A DNA stretch of 64,000 nucleotides from Polyangiaceae bacterium (lineage in GTDB: Bacteria; Myxococcota_A; Polyangia; Polyangiales; Polyangiaceae). The notes below the pieces were generated by a model. The model made no database searches. It was not told where the DNA came from and saw only the letters and a list, made by a program, of their open reading frames with translations. Where the stretch lies: contig JANRKO010000019.1 of the NCBI GenBank assembly GCA_033763455.1, forward strand, positions 128,001 to 192,000, in the 5' to 3' direction. Shown piece by piece: positions 1 through 10,305 of this stretch. The translations under genes and the position numbers were made by a program. Position 1 is the first letter of the stretch. Each line of letters begins with the position of its first letter.

Positions 1-142
1 AAAGCGGCGGCGGGGGAGCCCGCTCTCGGTGCTTGAGGTTAAGACGGGGGAAGGCTATGCGGGGACCCCGATTTTCGCCCCATCCTGGCCGCTCCAATTT
101 CCCTTTTGAAGGCCTGGTTGCTAACCTCCACAGCTTCCTCCG

Positions 143-991
143 GTGACCCTACCCGCCAAAACCCCCACCCTGACCACGGCCGACGAAAAACGATCCGTTG
201 GTGAAGGGCTTTTCAACAAGTGTCAGGGCTGTGGCTCCATGCTTACAGCCGCGGATTTGCAGCTCAATTGGCACGTTTGCCCCAGTTGCGGTTTTCACCA
301 CACGATGGAGCACGGGCGTTGGCGCGAGCTCCTACTGGATGATGGCACGCTGCTCCCGTGGGAAGAGCACGTGCAGCCCGCCGATCCCCTGCAGTTTATC
401 GACCAGAAGCCCTACACAGATCGACTCCTCAAGGCCCAGGCCTCGGCTCAGGCGAGCGAGTCGGTGGAAGTTGGGCAGGGCAAGATTTTTGGGCGTCAAG
501 TGGCGTACGGATCGTATGTTTTTGGCTTTATGGCTGGGACCATGGGCTCCGTCGCTGGCGAGCGCATCGTGCGCCTCTTTGAGAGGGCAACAGCCAAACG
601 GCTTCCCGTGATCCTGCTGCATGCTTCGGGGGGTGCTCGTATGCAGGAAGGGATCTTAAGCCTGATGCAAATGGCGAAAACCGTGGCCGCTTTGGGCCGA
701 TTTCGTGCGTGCCGGCAGCCCTACATCAGCATCTTGATGCACCCTACAACCGGAGGAGTTGCTGCAAGCACCGCACTTTTGGGCGATGTCAATATCGCCG
801 AACCCAATGCACTCATTGGATTTGCGGGGCCGCGCGTGATTGAAAACACCCTGCGCACCACGCTCCCTGAGGGGTTCCAAAGGTCTGATTTTCTGCTTTC
901 GCACGGCATGGTGGATACCATCGTGCCACGCGTAGAAATGAAGGCCACGCTGAATACTCTCTTGAACCACCTTTGCCGCGAGCTGAAGTGA
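143..991 (+). CDS. accD: Acetyl-CoA carboxylase carboxyltransferase beta subunit
   Basis: N-terminal C4 zinc finger (KCQGC...VCPSC); SGGARMQEG, PTTGGV and IGFAGPRVIE motifs. Confidence 0.95.
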   Translation: MTLPAKTPTLTTADEKRSVGEGLFNKCQGCGSMLTAADLQLNWHVCPSCGFHHTMEHGRWRELLLDDGTLLPWEEHVQPADPLQFIDQKPYTDRLLKAQASAQASESVEVGQGKIFGRQVAYGSYVFGFMAGTMGSVAGERIVRLFERATAKRLPVILLHASGGARMQEGILSLMQMAKTVAALGRFRACRQPYISILMHPTTGGVAASTALLGDVNIAEPNALIGFAGPRVIENTLRTTLPEGFQRSDFLLSHGMVDTIVPRVEMKATLNTLLNHLCRELK

Positions 992-2217
992 GCGATTACC
1001 AGAAAACCCTTGAACGCCTCTACTCGCGTATCCCCGCGGGCCGCAAGCTTGGCTTGGAGCGCGTGCAGGCGGTCTGTGATCACTTCGGTAACCCTGAGCG
1101 AAGCTTTGAAGCGGTGCACGTGGCCGGCACCAACGGCAAAGGCACGGTGTGTGCCTTCGTCAATTCGATGGCTATTCATGCGGGTCGCAAGGTGGGGATG
1201 TACACCTCGCCACACCTCAATCGCTTTGCCGAACGCATAGCTATTAATGGAGAAGCCATCACCGACGAAGCTCTTGCGCCTTTGCTAGAGCAAGTGATGG
1301 ATCAAGGTCCAGATCTCACCTTCTTTGAGGTGGCTACGGTCGCGGCATTTCTCGCTTTCCGCGAGGCCAAGGTAGATTTCGCGGTTATCGAGGTAGGGCT
1401 GGGTGGGCGGCTGGACGCCACCAACGTGATCCCGGCTCCCCGGGTGGCCGCCATTACACGCATCTCGTTTGATCACACCGCGGAGCTCGGCGACACACTT
1501 GCTCAGATTGGCGCCGAAAAAGCGGGAATTATTAAGCCCGGTTCGGCTGTGGTGTTAGGCAAAATCCACCCGGAGGCGCGTGCGGTGATTGAGGCTCGCA
1601 TCGCCGAGGTGGGGGCAGAGCTTCTGGACCTTGGGAGCCCTGAACCGTTTGCGGGGGCCCGCCTCGCCTACCCGCGCATTGCGATGATTGGGACAAACCT
1701 TGCGGTTGCGTCCACTATCGGCCGTTACCTGAAGTTTGCACCCGAGGACATGGCCCGCGCTATCGAAGCGACGCTTTGGCCAGGTAGGAATGAGCTTTTG
1801 CATCGAAACGGGCAAGATCTCACACTCCTAGATTGCGGCCACAACCCGGATGGTATGGTGGCTCTGTCGCACTCGCTCGATCCCGGTGCATTGGGTGACA
1901 TTTCTTCTCGCAAAGAAATCGCCCTCGTGTTTGGTGCCATTCAAGGGAAAAATTACAGAGCGATGTTGCGCCGCTTGGAGAATGTCGCCGGCCATCGGAT
2001 ATTCGTGGCACCCCCCATCAAAAAAGCCGTAGATCCGCACGAATTCGCTAAGATTTTACCGGGGGAAGTCGCTCCGGATGTCGCGACTGCACTGGAGCTG
2101 GCGCGCACGCGTGTCGGAGCCAAGGGCCTCGTGGTGGTTACGGGATCTATCTTCTTAGTAGGCGCTGCACGCGCCTCGCTTTTGGGTTTACCCACAGACC
2201 CAGCAGTTGACCTTTAA
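988..2217 (+). CDS. folC: Folylpolyglutamate/dihydrofolate synthase
   Basis: HVAGTNGKG, YTSPHL, EVGLGGRLDATN; GTG start overlaps the accD stop (GTGA); conserved accD-folC order. Confidence 0.93.
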   Translation: MSDYQKTLERLYSRIPAGRKLGLERVQAVCDHFGNPERSFEAVHVAGTNGKGTVCAFVNSMAIHAGRKVGMYTSPHLNRFAERIAINGEAITDEALAPLLEQVMDQGPDLTFFEVATVAAFLAFREAKVDFAVIEVGLGGRLDATNVIPAPRVAAITRISFDHTAELGDTLAQIGAEKAGIIKPGSAVVLGKIHPEARAVIEARIAEVGAELLDLGSPEPFAGARLAYPRIAMIGTNLAVASTIGRYLKFAPEDMARAIEATLWPGRNELLHRNGQDLTLLDCGHNPDGMVALSHSLDPGALGDISSRKEIALVFGAIQGKNYRAMLRRLENVAGHRIFVAPPIKKAVDPHEFAKILPGEVAPDVATALELARTRVGAKGLVVVTGSIFLVGAARASLLGLPTDPAVDL

Positions 2218-2232
2218 CGGAGTGCGCGGCAA

Positions 2233-2730
2233 GTGCCTTCCTTTGACGTAGTCTCCAAGCTCGATTGGGCAGAAGTGATGAACGCCATGAATCAGGCTCA
2301 AAAGGAGCTTATTCAGCGTTTTGACTTCAAAAATACCGGAGCCAAGATCGAGAAGTTAGACGCCAGCTTGGTGATTACCGCAATGGGTGAAGACCGCGCC
2401 AAAGCAGCGTATGAAGTACTGCGCGAGAAGCTGATTCGACGCAAAGTAAGCCTCAAACACTTCGAGGCCAAAGATCCGGTGTTTACCTCTAAGGGCGGTT
2501 CCAAGATTGTGGTGGAGGCAACCGAGGGTATCGCTTCGGAGAAAGCCAAAGTGATTATTCGCCTGATCAAAGACAGCAAGCTCAAGGTGCAGGCCTCGAT
2601 TCAGGAGGATACTGTGCGTATTTCTGGGAAAAATCGCGATGACTTGCAGGCGGCGATAGCGCTCCTGCGCGCCCAGAAGGATGATGAAGCCCTCAACCTC
2701 GACCTCCAATTTTTGAACTTCCGTGACTGA
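2233..2730 (+). CDS. yajQ: YajQ family nucleotide/c-di-GMP-binding protein
   Basis: MPSFDVVS start, [29 protein letters not shown] end. Confidence 0.95.
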   Translation: MPSFDVVSKLDWAEVMNAMNQAQKELIQRFDFKNTGAKIEKLDASLVITAMGEDRAKAAYEVLREKLIRRKVSLKHFEAKDPVFTSKGGSKIVVEATEGIASEKAKVIIRLIKDSKLKVQASIQEDTVRISGKNRDDLQAAIALLRAQKDDEALNLDLQFLNFRD

Positions 2731-4084
2731 ACGAAAACTCTTTGGAACTGATGGTATTCGCGGCGAAGCTAACGTCTTCCCGATGACGCCAGAGCTTGCC
2801 CTCACTCTCGGCCGCGCGATCGCGCTGGTAGCAAGGCGAGGGCACGACCGAGCCACCCGCATTGTGATCGGTAAAGACACGCGTCTAAGCGGCTACATGC
2901 TGGAAACGGCGCTCGCCTCAGGGATCTGCGCCATGGGCGGCGTGGTAATGCTCTGTGGGCCAATCCCCACCCCGGCCGTTGCCAATCTCACCCAATCGAT
3001 GCGCGCGGACGCAGGCGTTGTGATCAGCGCCAGCCACAATCCTTTCCAAGATAACGGCATTAAGATCTTTGGCCCTGATGGCTTCAAGCTTCCCGATCAC
3101 GAGGAGCTCGAAATCGAGCATTTGCTGGAAGATCCCAAGCTGATAACTTCAGGTTTTTCCGGAGTTGGCATCGGGCGAGCCCAACGCATCGACGACGCCG
3201 CTGGCCGCTATGTGGTGTCGGCGAAGGCCACATTCCCTAAAGAGCTCACTTTGGATGGCTTGCGCATTGTGGTCGATGCAGCTCATGGCGCCGCCTATCG
3301 CGTCGCTCCCGCCGTTTTCTCCGAACTGGGCGCCAACGTGGTGAGCCTTGGAGTGCGCCCGAATGGTCGAAATATCAACGATAATTGCGGCGCTCTGCAC
3401 CCCGACATGTTGGCTAGCGAGGTCCTCAAAAATGACGCTCACATCGGCATTGCCTTAGACGGTGACGCTGACCGCGTGATCATCGTCGATGAAAAGGGCA
3501 ACGTGGTGGACGGTGACGCCGTGATGGCACTTTGCGCGACTCGGCTCTTGAGCGCAGGGCGTTTGGCCAAGAACACTTTGGTTGCCACAGTTATGAGCAA
3601 TATTGGCCTAGAGCGTGCGATGCGGAAGGCCGGAGGGCAGCTAGTCCGCACCGCTGTTGGAGACCGCTACGTAGTCGAAGAGATGCGGCGCTCCGGTTAC
3701 TCACTGGGCGGCGAACAATCCGGACACCTGGTGTTCCTTGATCATGCCACCACCGGTGACGGAATTGTGGCGGCACTTCAGGTTCTCTCGATCATGGTCG
3801 CTGAAGGCAGCCTTGTGAGCGATCTTGCCAAGATCATGGAGCGCGTCCCGCAGGTTCTGGAAAGCGTCAGAATGCCTTCGCGCAAGCCCGTGAGCGATAT
3901 GCCAAGGCTTTCAGCACTCATTGCCGAGGTTGAGCGTCATTTGGCCGGAGAAGGCCGAGTGCTCGTGCGTTGGAGCGGTACTGAAGCCAAGCTTCGCTTC
4001 ATGGTGGAAGGTCCGGATACTGACGCCCTCAACGGCTTCGTAGCTGACATGGCCGAGGCCGCAGCCGAAGATCTCAGCGCCTAA
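2723..4084 (+). CDS. glmM: Phosphoglucosamine mutase
   Basis: [29 protein letters not shown]. Confidence 0.96.
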   Translation: MTERKLFGTDGIRGEANVFPMTPELALTLGRAIALVARRGHDRATRIVIGKDTRLSGYMLETALASGICAMGGVVMLCGPIPTPAVANLTQSMRADAGVVISASHNPFQDNGIKIFGPDGFKLPDHEELEIEHLLEDPKLITSGFSGVGIGRAQRIDDAAGRYVVSAKATFPKELTLDGLRIVVDAAHGAAYRVAPAVFSELGANVVSLGVRPNGRNINDNCGALHPDMLASEVLKNDAHIGIALDGDADRVIIVDEKGNVVDGDAVMALCATRLLSAGRLAKNTLVATVMSNIGLERAMRKAGGQLVRTAVGDRYVVEEMRRSGYSLGGEQSGHLVFLDHATTGDGIVAALQVLSIMVAEGSLVSDLAKIMERVPQVLESVRMPSRKPVSDMPRLSALIAEVERHLAGEGRVLVRWSGTEAKLRFMVEGPDTDALNGFVADMAEAAAEDLSA

Positions 4085-4099
4085 CCTGGGGAGCTCACG

Positions 4100-5224
4100 T
4101 TGACCACCGCAGAGGCTTTGTGTGGTCGACTGCTCTTGGTGGGGTTTCCTGGGGTTTCGCTGGCGCCTGCTCTCCGGTCACGGATCCGTGATGGAAAAGT
4201 CGGTGGCGTGATCCTTTTTCGGCGAAACGTCGAAAATGTTCCCCAGGTGCATGCTTTATGTCAGGAGCTCGCGGAGGCTGCTTCGAATGATCTCTTCATC
4301 GGAGTAGATCAAGAAGGTGGGCGCGTAGCTCGGCTGCCCTCCCCTGTGCTCACGCTTCCGCCAGCGCGGACGCTTGGAAAAGGCTCAGTTGAGCTCACAC
4401 AAGATGCGGGTGCGCTCTTGGGGGCCGATCTTGCCGGGCTAGGCTTCAACTTGAATTTTGCGCCCGTTTTCGATGTGGATAGCAACCCCAACAACCCCGT
4501 GATTGGTGATCGAGCGTTCGCCGAAGAGCCAGCCCGAGTGGCAGCATTTGCCAGTGCATTTGCCCGCGGGCTCCAAAGCTCGGGGGTTGCGGCGTGTGCC
4601 AAACACTTCCCGGGCCACGGGGATACGCATCAAGATAGCCACCTTGAGTTACCGCTTGTTCAGCGTTCAGATTCGGAACTACGGGAGCTTGAAATATCGC
4701 CCTTTGTTGCGGCGATAGGCGCGGGGGTGGCTTCCATGATGACGGCTCACGTGGTTTATCCGGCGTTGGATCCTGAGCACCCGGCAACCCTGAGCTCGGC
4801 GATTTTGACCCAGATCTTGCGCCGAGAGCTTGGGTTTGGGGGGGTGATCTTTTCGGATGATCTCGAAATGAATGCCATCACGCGCGCCATGAACGTCGAA
4901 GATGCAGCCGTTTCGGCGATTGTTGCAGGGTGTGATGCGCTGTTGATTTGCCATTCAGAGGAGCGGCAAGCGGCGGCACTCACGGCGCTGGTGCGGGAAT
5001 ACGAAGGGTCGAAGGCGTTTCGCGAATTGGTGAATGCCGCGGAGGGCCGCGGTGCGGAGCTCCGGAGCAGGTATCCTGTGGCGGGATTTGTCGAGTATCA
5101 GCAGTGGCTGAATGCGCGGCTAGCCGAGCAGGCGCGTCGTGATGCGTTGACCGCGAAGCTTGCCCACCTAGCTTCGAATGGGCAAGCTTCCGCTGTTGCT
5201 TTGGACCCTACCGAGAAGGCTTAG
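4100..5224 (+). CDS. nagZ: Beta-N-acetylhexosaminidase (GH3)
   Basis: DQEGGRV, KHFPGHG-x4-DSH, SDDLEM. Confidence 0.92.
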   Translation: MTTAEALCGRLLLVGFPGVSLAPALRSRIRDGKVGGVILFRRNVENVPQVHALCQELAEAASNDLFIGVDQEGGRVARLPSPVLTLPPARTLGKGSVELTQDAGALLGADLAGLGFNLNFAPVFDVDSNPNNPVIGDRAFAEEPARVAAFASAFARGLQSSGVAACAKHFPGHGDTHQDSHLELPLVQRSDSELRELEISPFVAAIGAGVASMMTAHVVYPALDPEHPATLSSAILTQILRRELGFGGVIFSDDLEMNAITRAMNVEDAAVSAIVAGCDALLICHSEERQAAALTALVREYEGSKAFRELVNAAEGRGAELRSRYPVAGFVEYQQWLNARLAEQARRDALTAKLAHLASNGQASAVALDPTEKA

Positions 5225-5231
5225 CCAAAAA

Positions 5232-5810
5232 CTACTTGTTGAGTTCCAGCTTCACGTTGAGCGTGACTTCGTCGCCAACGACGACTCCGCCCTTGTCCAG
5301 GGACTTGTTCCAGTTGAGCCCGAAGTCTTGGCGCTTGATCTTTCCGCTTACCTTCACACCACGAACGCTCTTGCCCCAGGGGTTTTGCACAGCGTTGGAA
5401 AGTGTGGCGTCCAAAGTTACAGACTTGGTAATCCCCCGGATGGTGAGGTCCCCGGTGAGTTTGAAGGCCTTACCCGCCTTCTTGATCTTGGTGGATTTGA
5501 AGGTGATGTTGGGATGTTTTTCGGCATCAAAGAAGTCAGCGCTCTTGAGATGCTTGTCGCGATCCGCGTTATCGGTATTCACCGACGCCACGGGAATCGT
5601 GATCTCAACACTGCTCTTCGTGAGGTCCGCTTCGTCGAGCTTCACTGAGCCTTTGACGTCTCGGAAGTTTCCATCAACCTCAGAGATCACCATGTGAGAG
5701 ACGGTGAAGCCCACCCGGGAGTGCGAGCCGTCGATGGCCCAATCTACGGGGGCGGCGAGAGCGAGGGAACTGATCAGGGAGAGTGCACCAGCTAGAAAGA
5801 GAGTACGCAT
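5232..5810 (-). CDS. YceI family periplasmic protein
   Basis: Signal peptide; HSRVGF, RDKHLKSADFFDA, GDLTIRG, DFGLNWN. Confidence 0.92.
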   Translation of the reverse strand: MRTLFLAGALSLISSLALAAPVDWAIDGSHSRVGFTVSHMVISEVDGNFRDVKGSVKLDEADLTKSSVEITIPVASVNTDNADRDKHLKSADFFDAEKHPNITFKSTKIKKAGKAFKLTGDLTIRGITKSVTLDATLSNAVQNPWGKSVRGVKVSGKIKRQDFGLNWNKSLDKGGVVVGDEVTLNVKLELNK

Positions 5811-5904
5811 GTTGTTTTTCCTTTAGTCGAGAGTTGGGGCGTTCCTAAGTCCCGGCGCGCCAAGCCGGAAGCCCCGCGCGAGCGAGGAATCAAAAAAAAT
5901 GACG

Positions 5905-5976
5905 CCCCTCCAATTCATCCACCCCTCCAATTCGTCCACCCCTCCAATTCGTCCACCCCTTCCAATTCGTCCACCC
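5905..5976. repeat. Tandem repeat, 4 x 17 bp (cccctccaattcgtcca)
   Basis: Four adjacent copies with one substitution and one 1-bp insertion. Confidence 0.9.
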
Positions 5977-6087
5977 TGCAAAGAGTCACCCCGACGAGCT
6001 GCGGATGCCCCAACCCAGCGCGTCGGCGCTCAAGCCCATAAGGGCCGGAGCGCCGTTAGCGTGTGCGTTTAGATCAGAGCGAGCAGT

Positions 6088-7359
6088 TTAGCCGCCAGCC
6101 GTTGCACTTCCGCTCGCCGAGGCGCTTGCCTTCACCGAGACGTCGATCTGCACGGAGGCTTTCACCTGCGCATCGATGGAAGATGCGAAACAGCCTGCGA
6201 CCTTGAGCGCTGCCGCTCCGCCGCCGGTGACGGTAGCTTTCACGCCTTCGAGCGAAGCCTTAACGCCAGCTGCTGCGGACTCTACGTGACCCTTCATGCC
6301 GAGCGTGACCTTGAGCAAAGCGGGCAGATTCTTGGTGAGCGCTGCTTTGAGCTTAGCACCAGCTTCGACATCGCCCGATGCTTCCACCTTCACGTCCACC
6401 TTGGCTGGGGTACAGGAAAGCTTGCCACTTACTTCGGCATCGCAGCTGGCCTTGCACTCTGCACTCACCTTCGGGGGCTTCATTTCGCCGCTGCACTTCG
6501 GCTCTTTGAGTTCGACGCTGCAACCGCCGGAGCAGGATCCCTTGCAATCGGCTTTGCCGCTCATCTCGCAGCTCGCGCTGCAGGTGCCCTTGCAGCTGCC
6601 GTTACAAGAAGCCTCGGCTTTGCCGTCGCACTTGCCGTCACATGTGCCAGCGCAGGCGCCCTTGGAATCCTTGCCGTCGCACTTGCCGTTGCACTTGCCG
6701 TCACACTTGCCGCTGATCTCGCCGGTGCAGGTGCCGCTACAGCTGCCGCCACAGGTACCTTGGCATTCGACGCCAGCTTCAACCGTGCAGCTTCCCTTAC
6801 ACTGACCTTCGCAGGTGCCGCTGATTTCGCCGCCTTCGCACTCCACCTTCACGCTGCCCGGCTCAACGCTTGCGTCGCATTTACCGGAACATTCCGCCAT
6901 GGCGTTCATCGAAGCCGAGCACTTCGGCTCCACAACGTTGACCGTTACTTTGGCTTGGGCCTTGGCTTTGAGATCAGCCACTGCTTTGGCGGCGGCGTTA
7001 CAGGCTGCTTCCGCGCCCTTGCCAGGACCCTGCTCGGTGGGCTCGAAGTTGGTGACGCCGAGATCGGTAGCGAGATTGCCACACGCCGTCTTCACCTCGG
7101 TCTCGATGGTTGCTGCCAGGCCCTGTAGATTGGCACCGGCTGCGAGGGCGGCTTTGACTTTCCCTTCCAGGGAAGCGTCGAGACCAAAATTGGCACCCAT
7201 CACGGCTTCTGCGCTGGAAATATCCGCGGGACAGGTAGCACCGGGGAGATTGTTGGCGCCCGGAAGCTTCCCGCAATCCACCAACAGCATCGGAAGTGCC
7301 GTGAGTGTCAAAATCCCGAATGTGACTCGTGTAACTTTTCGCGTTTGCGAAGCAACCAT
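6088..7359 (-). CDS. Cys-rich lipoprotein with CxxxC repeats
   Basis: Lipobox-like LLVDC; more than 30 Cys in CxGxC arrays; AGGAG SD upstream of ATG. Confidence 0.8.
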   Translation of the reverse strand: MVASQTRKVTRVTFGILTLTALPMLLVDCGKLPGANNLPGATCPADISSAEAVMGANFGLDASLEGKVKAALAAGANLQGLAATIETEVKTACGNLATDLGVTNFEPTEQGPGKGAEAACNAAAKAVADLKAKAQAKVTVNVVEPKCSASMNAMAECSGKCDASVEPGSVKVECEGGEISGTCEGQCKGSCTVEAGVECQGTCGGSCSGTCTGEISGKCDGKCNGKCDGKDSKGACAGTCDGKCDGKAEASCNGSCKGTCSASCEMSGKADCKGSCSGGCSVELKEPKCSGEMKPPKVSAECKASCDAEVSGKLSCTPAKVDVKVEASGDVEAGAKLKAALTKNLPALLKVTLGMKGHVESAAAGVKASLEGVKATVTGGGAAALKVAGCFASSIDAQVKASVQIDVSVKASASASGSATAGG

Positions 7360-7751
7360 GTGTCTGACTCCTTAAGCCTTGGTTGCTGATCGCAACCGTT
7401 AATTGAAGGGAAAATACCCCGAATGGCGCGCTAGCATGCCGGATCCCCTGTGCCTGTAAAGAGGTGTCCCCGAAGTAGTGCGTTGGAGGATAACATTTGA
7501 TGTTGCAAAGGGCCGCCCAGGGACCGAGACACTTCGAAGATCAAGGAAGATTGGGCATCGCGAGTGAATGCTTGCGCAAGCTGTATCACTCCACACGAAG
7601 AGATACTTGCCATGCTAAGTATCTCCAGAACCGCCGAATAGCACCCGTGCGCGGGCAAAAGTAAATCAATGGGCTCGGTGGCCGGAGGCCCGCTCATTTG
7701 ACCCCGAGAGGGCTTTGCTCCAAGTCGAGCGAAACGCTTCGCGCGAGCTAT

Positions 7752-7863
7752 CGCTTCGGGGTCATTAGCGTTTCGTTCGAATCAAACGCTTCGGGGTCAT
7801 TAGCGTTTCGTTCGAACCAAACGCTTCGGGGTCATTAGCGTTTCGTTCGAACCAAACGCTTCG
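7752..7863. repeat. Tandem repeat, 3 x 35 bp, hairpin-forming (REP-like)
   Basis: Unit cgcttcggggtcattagcgtttcgttcgaa(t/c)caaa; AAACGCT/AGCGTTT inverted stem across units; no spacers. Confidence 0.9.
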
Positions 7864-7870
7864 CCGGCGG

Positions 7871-8218
7871 CTAGCGCTTCGAACGACTTAAAGTGAACGG
7901 CAAATCCATCTGGCTGTCCGCGTTTTTAGGCTTGCCTGGCTGCCGCTGATGCACGCGCTGCAAGATCTCTCGCTCAGCCTGGATATCGGCTTCTATGACC
8001 TGGGGGTTATCCAGCGCAAACGCTAACGCGTCGAAAACCTTCGCTGCATCCAGCTGCGGAAACCGCTTCAGCAATGTCTCAATCTTCACGCCGCTGTCGT
8101 AAAACGCCCAAAGCCTGCGCACCGGCACCCGCGAGCCTGCAACATACGGGCTACCACCGAGAACGGTTGGCTCCACGCGCACGTGCGGATGGGGAACAAG
8201 AATTACCGGTAAGGCCAG
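7871..8218 (-). CDS. DUF433 domain protein
   Basis: VLGGSPYVAGSRVPV...LLKRFPQL...VFDALAF pattern; GAGGAG SD 7 nt before a CTG at 8218 (start inferred). Confidence 0.8.
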   Translation of the reverse strand: MALPVILVPHPHVRVEPTVLGGSPYVAGSRVPVRRLWAFYDSGVKIETLLKRFPQLDAAKVFDALAFALDNPQVIEADIQAEREILQRVHQRQPGKPKNADSQMDLPFTLSRSKR

Positions 8219-8246
8219 GTGAATGCTCCTCGGGTTCAGCCGTAAA

Positions 8247-10223
8247 TTAGCCTGCGAAAGAGTGTTCAAGGATCTGAGCCGCCACTTTTTCAGCGGTAAA
8301 GCCAAAGGCTTCGGCCAGTTTCTCAAACGGTGCTGAGGCCCCAAAACGATCGATCCCAATTGAGAGCCCATGCTTGCCCACCACACCGCTCCAGCCCGCT
8401 GTTCTTCCGGCTTCCAGACTTATCAGCTTGGTGTTTTTTCCAAGCACAGCTTCTCGCTTACCTGCCGGCTGCCGTTCAAAGGCGTCCCAACAAGGCGCCG
8501 AAACAACTCGCACCTGTTTGCCGCGCGCAGCGAGCAACTTCTTGGCAGAAAGCGCCACATGCACCTCGCTACCACTCGCGATGATGGTAAATTCGGGGTC
8601 TTCCGCGTCCGAAATCACGTAGGCGCCGTCGAGAACAGCTTTGGGATCAAAACCCGCCGGGCGCTCCAAAACCGGCAAATTCTGGCGGCTCAGCGCGAAG
8701 GCCGTGGGGCCGTCCCCCCTGGATACAGCGTGGGCCCAAGCCGCCGCGCACTCCAACGTATCGGCGGGGCGCACCACATCAAGGTTCGGGATCAACCGCA
8801 TGGAGGCCAATTGCTCCACGGGCTGATGCGTCGGGCCGTCTTCACCCAAAAATATGGAATCGTGCGTGAACACATGGACCACGCGTTGATGCATCAGCGC
8901 CGCCAAACGCAAGGAAGGGCGCAGATAATCGCTGAAGATGAGAAACGTGGAGCCAAACGGAATGAAGAAGCCGGAGAGCGCCAGGCCATTCATCACCGAA
9001 GCCATGCCGTGTTCACGGATGCCGAAGTTCAGGTTTCTCCCGGAAAAATCGTTCCGCGAAACGTCCTTGGAACCCTTGATGGTGGTTTTGGTGGATTCTG
9101 CAAGATCAGCGGCACCGCCGACTAACGACGGAACCAACTTGGCAACAATTTGCTCCACTTCGCCACCGGTGCTGCGAGTGGCGTTGGTCTTGGCGGGTAC
9201 GCCAGCGATCAACTGCTCATAGAGATCTGCTGGGATTTTTTTATCCAGGAGGGTTTGCAGGAGTGCCTTTTGTTCGGCGGGCGCCGATTGCCGAACGGAC
9301 TGCCAAGCGGCGTAAGCTTTCTTGTTCTCTTCGGCGCGCACCTTGAAGAACGCACGCGCTTCGTCGGGCACGTAAAAAGTGGGCTCCAGTGGCCAACCTG
9401 CGGCTTTTTTGGTGGCAGCGACCTCCTCAGCTCCGAGCGGCGAGCCGTGGGCTTTGGAGCTGTCTTGCTTAGTCGGAGCGCCGATGCCGATGTGCGTGCG
9501 TGCCACGATGAGCGAAGGCTTGCCCTTCTGCGATACTGCGCGATCAAGCGCCGCGCGGACTTCTTCGGGATTGTGGCCGTCCACGTGTTGAGTGAAAAAG
9601 CCGTAGGCTTCGTAGCGCTTGGCGACGTCTTCGCTGAAGCTCAGCTCTGTCTTGCCGTCGATCGTGATCTTGTTGTCGTCGTAAACGATAATCAAGTTAT
9701 CCAGGCCAAGATGGCCCGCGATACTGCTCGCTTCGCTCGCGACACCCTCCATGATGTCGCCGTCTGAAGCCAGGACAAACACGCGGTAATTGATGAGCTC
9801 GGAGCCCGCCGAATTCACGCGCGCGCCCGCCATCTTGCCCGCTAGCGCGAGACCCACAGCGTTACCAATCCCCTGCCCGAGCGGGCCGGTCGTGGTTTCC
9901 ACGCCGGGGGTCATGAAATTCTCCGGATGCCCCGGAGTTTTCGAGCCCCACTGACGGAATTGTTTCAGATCTTCCAGACTGAGATCGTACCCGGCCAAAT
10001 GCAGCACCGAATAAAGCAGCATCGATGCGTGGCCGCAGGACAACACGAAGCGATCGCGATTGGGCCAGGCGGGATCTTCGGGATTGTAACGCAGGTGCTT
10101 GGTGAAGATGTCGGTGGTGATACCGGCCAAGGCCATCGGAGTACCGGGATGGCCACTTCCAGCCTTCTCAACGCCGTCAACTGACAGGAACTGAATCGTG
10201 CGTACCGCTTGCTCAAAACTCAT
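8247..10223 (-). CDS. tkt: Transketolase
   Basis: SGHPG, RDRFVLSCGH, TTGPLGQG, GIREHGM, THDSIFLGEDGPTHQP. Confidence 0.97.
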   Translation of the reverse strand: MSFEQAVRTIQFLSVDGVEKAGSGHPGTPMALAGITTDIFTKHLRYNPEDPAWPNRDRFVLSCGHASMLLYSVLHLAGYDLSLEDLKQFRQWGSKTPGHPENFMTPGVETTTGPLGQGIGNAVGLALAGKMAGARVNSAGSELINYRVFVLASDGDIMEGVASEASSIAGHLGLDNLIIVYDDNKITIDGKTELSFSEDVAKRYEAYGFFTQHVDGHNPEEVRAALDRAVSQKGKPSLIVARTHIGIGAPTKQDSSKAHGSPLGAEEVAATKKAAGWPLEPTFYVPDEARAFFKVRAEENKKAYAAWQSVRQSAPAEQKALLQTLLDKKIPADLYEQLIAGVPAKTNATRSTGGEVEQIVAKLVPSLVGGAADLAESTKTTIKGSKDVSRNDFSGRNLNFGIREHGMASVMNGLALSGFFIPFGSTFLIFSDYLRPSLRLAALMHQRVVHVFTHDSIFLGEDGPTHQPVEQLASMRLIPNLDVVRPADTLECAAAWAHAVSRGDGPTAFALSRQNLPVLERPAGFDPKAVLDGAYVISDAEDPEFTIIASGSEVHVALSAKKLLAARGKQVRVVSAPCWDAFERQPAGKREAVLGKNTKLISLEAGRTAGWSGVVGKHGLSIGIDRFGASAPFEKLAEAFGFTAEKVAAQILEHSFAG

Positions 10224-10305
10224 AGGGTGTCTGTGGTAGCGCTACTTTGCCACGCTGAAAAGCCTAGGTGCGCGTTTCAGCACGGGGCGCGGGGGGCGCG
10301 AGGGC

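Noticed and set aside
7752..7863. CRISPR array
   Set aside because: The 35-bp units are contiguous, with no unique spacers and no cas genes.
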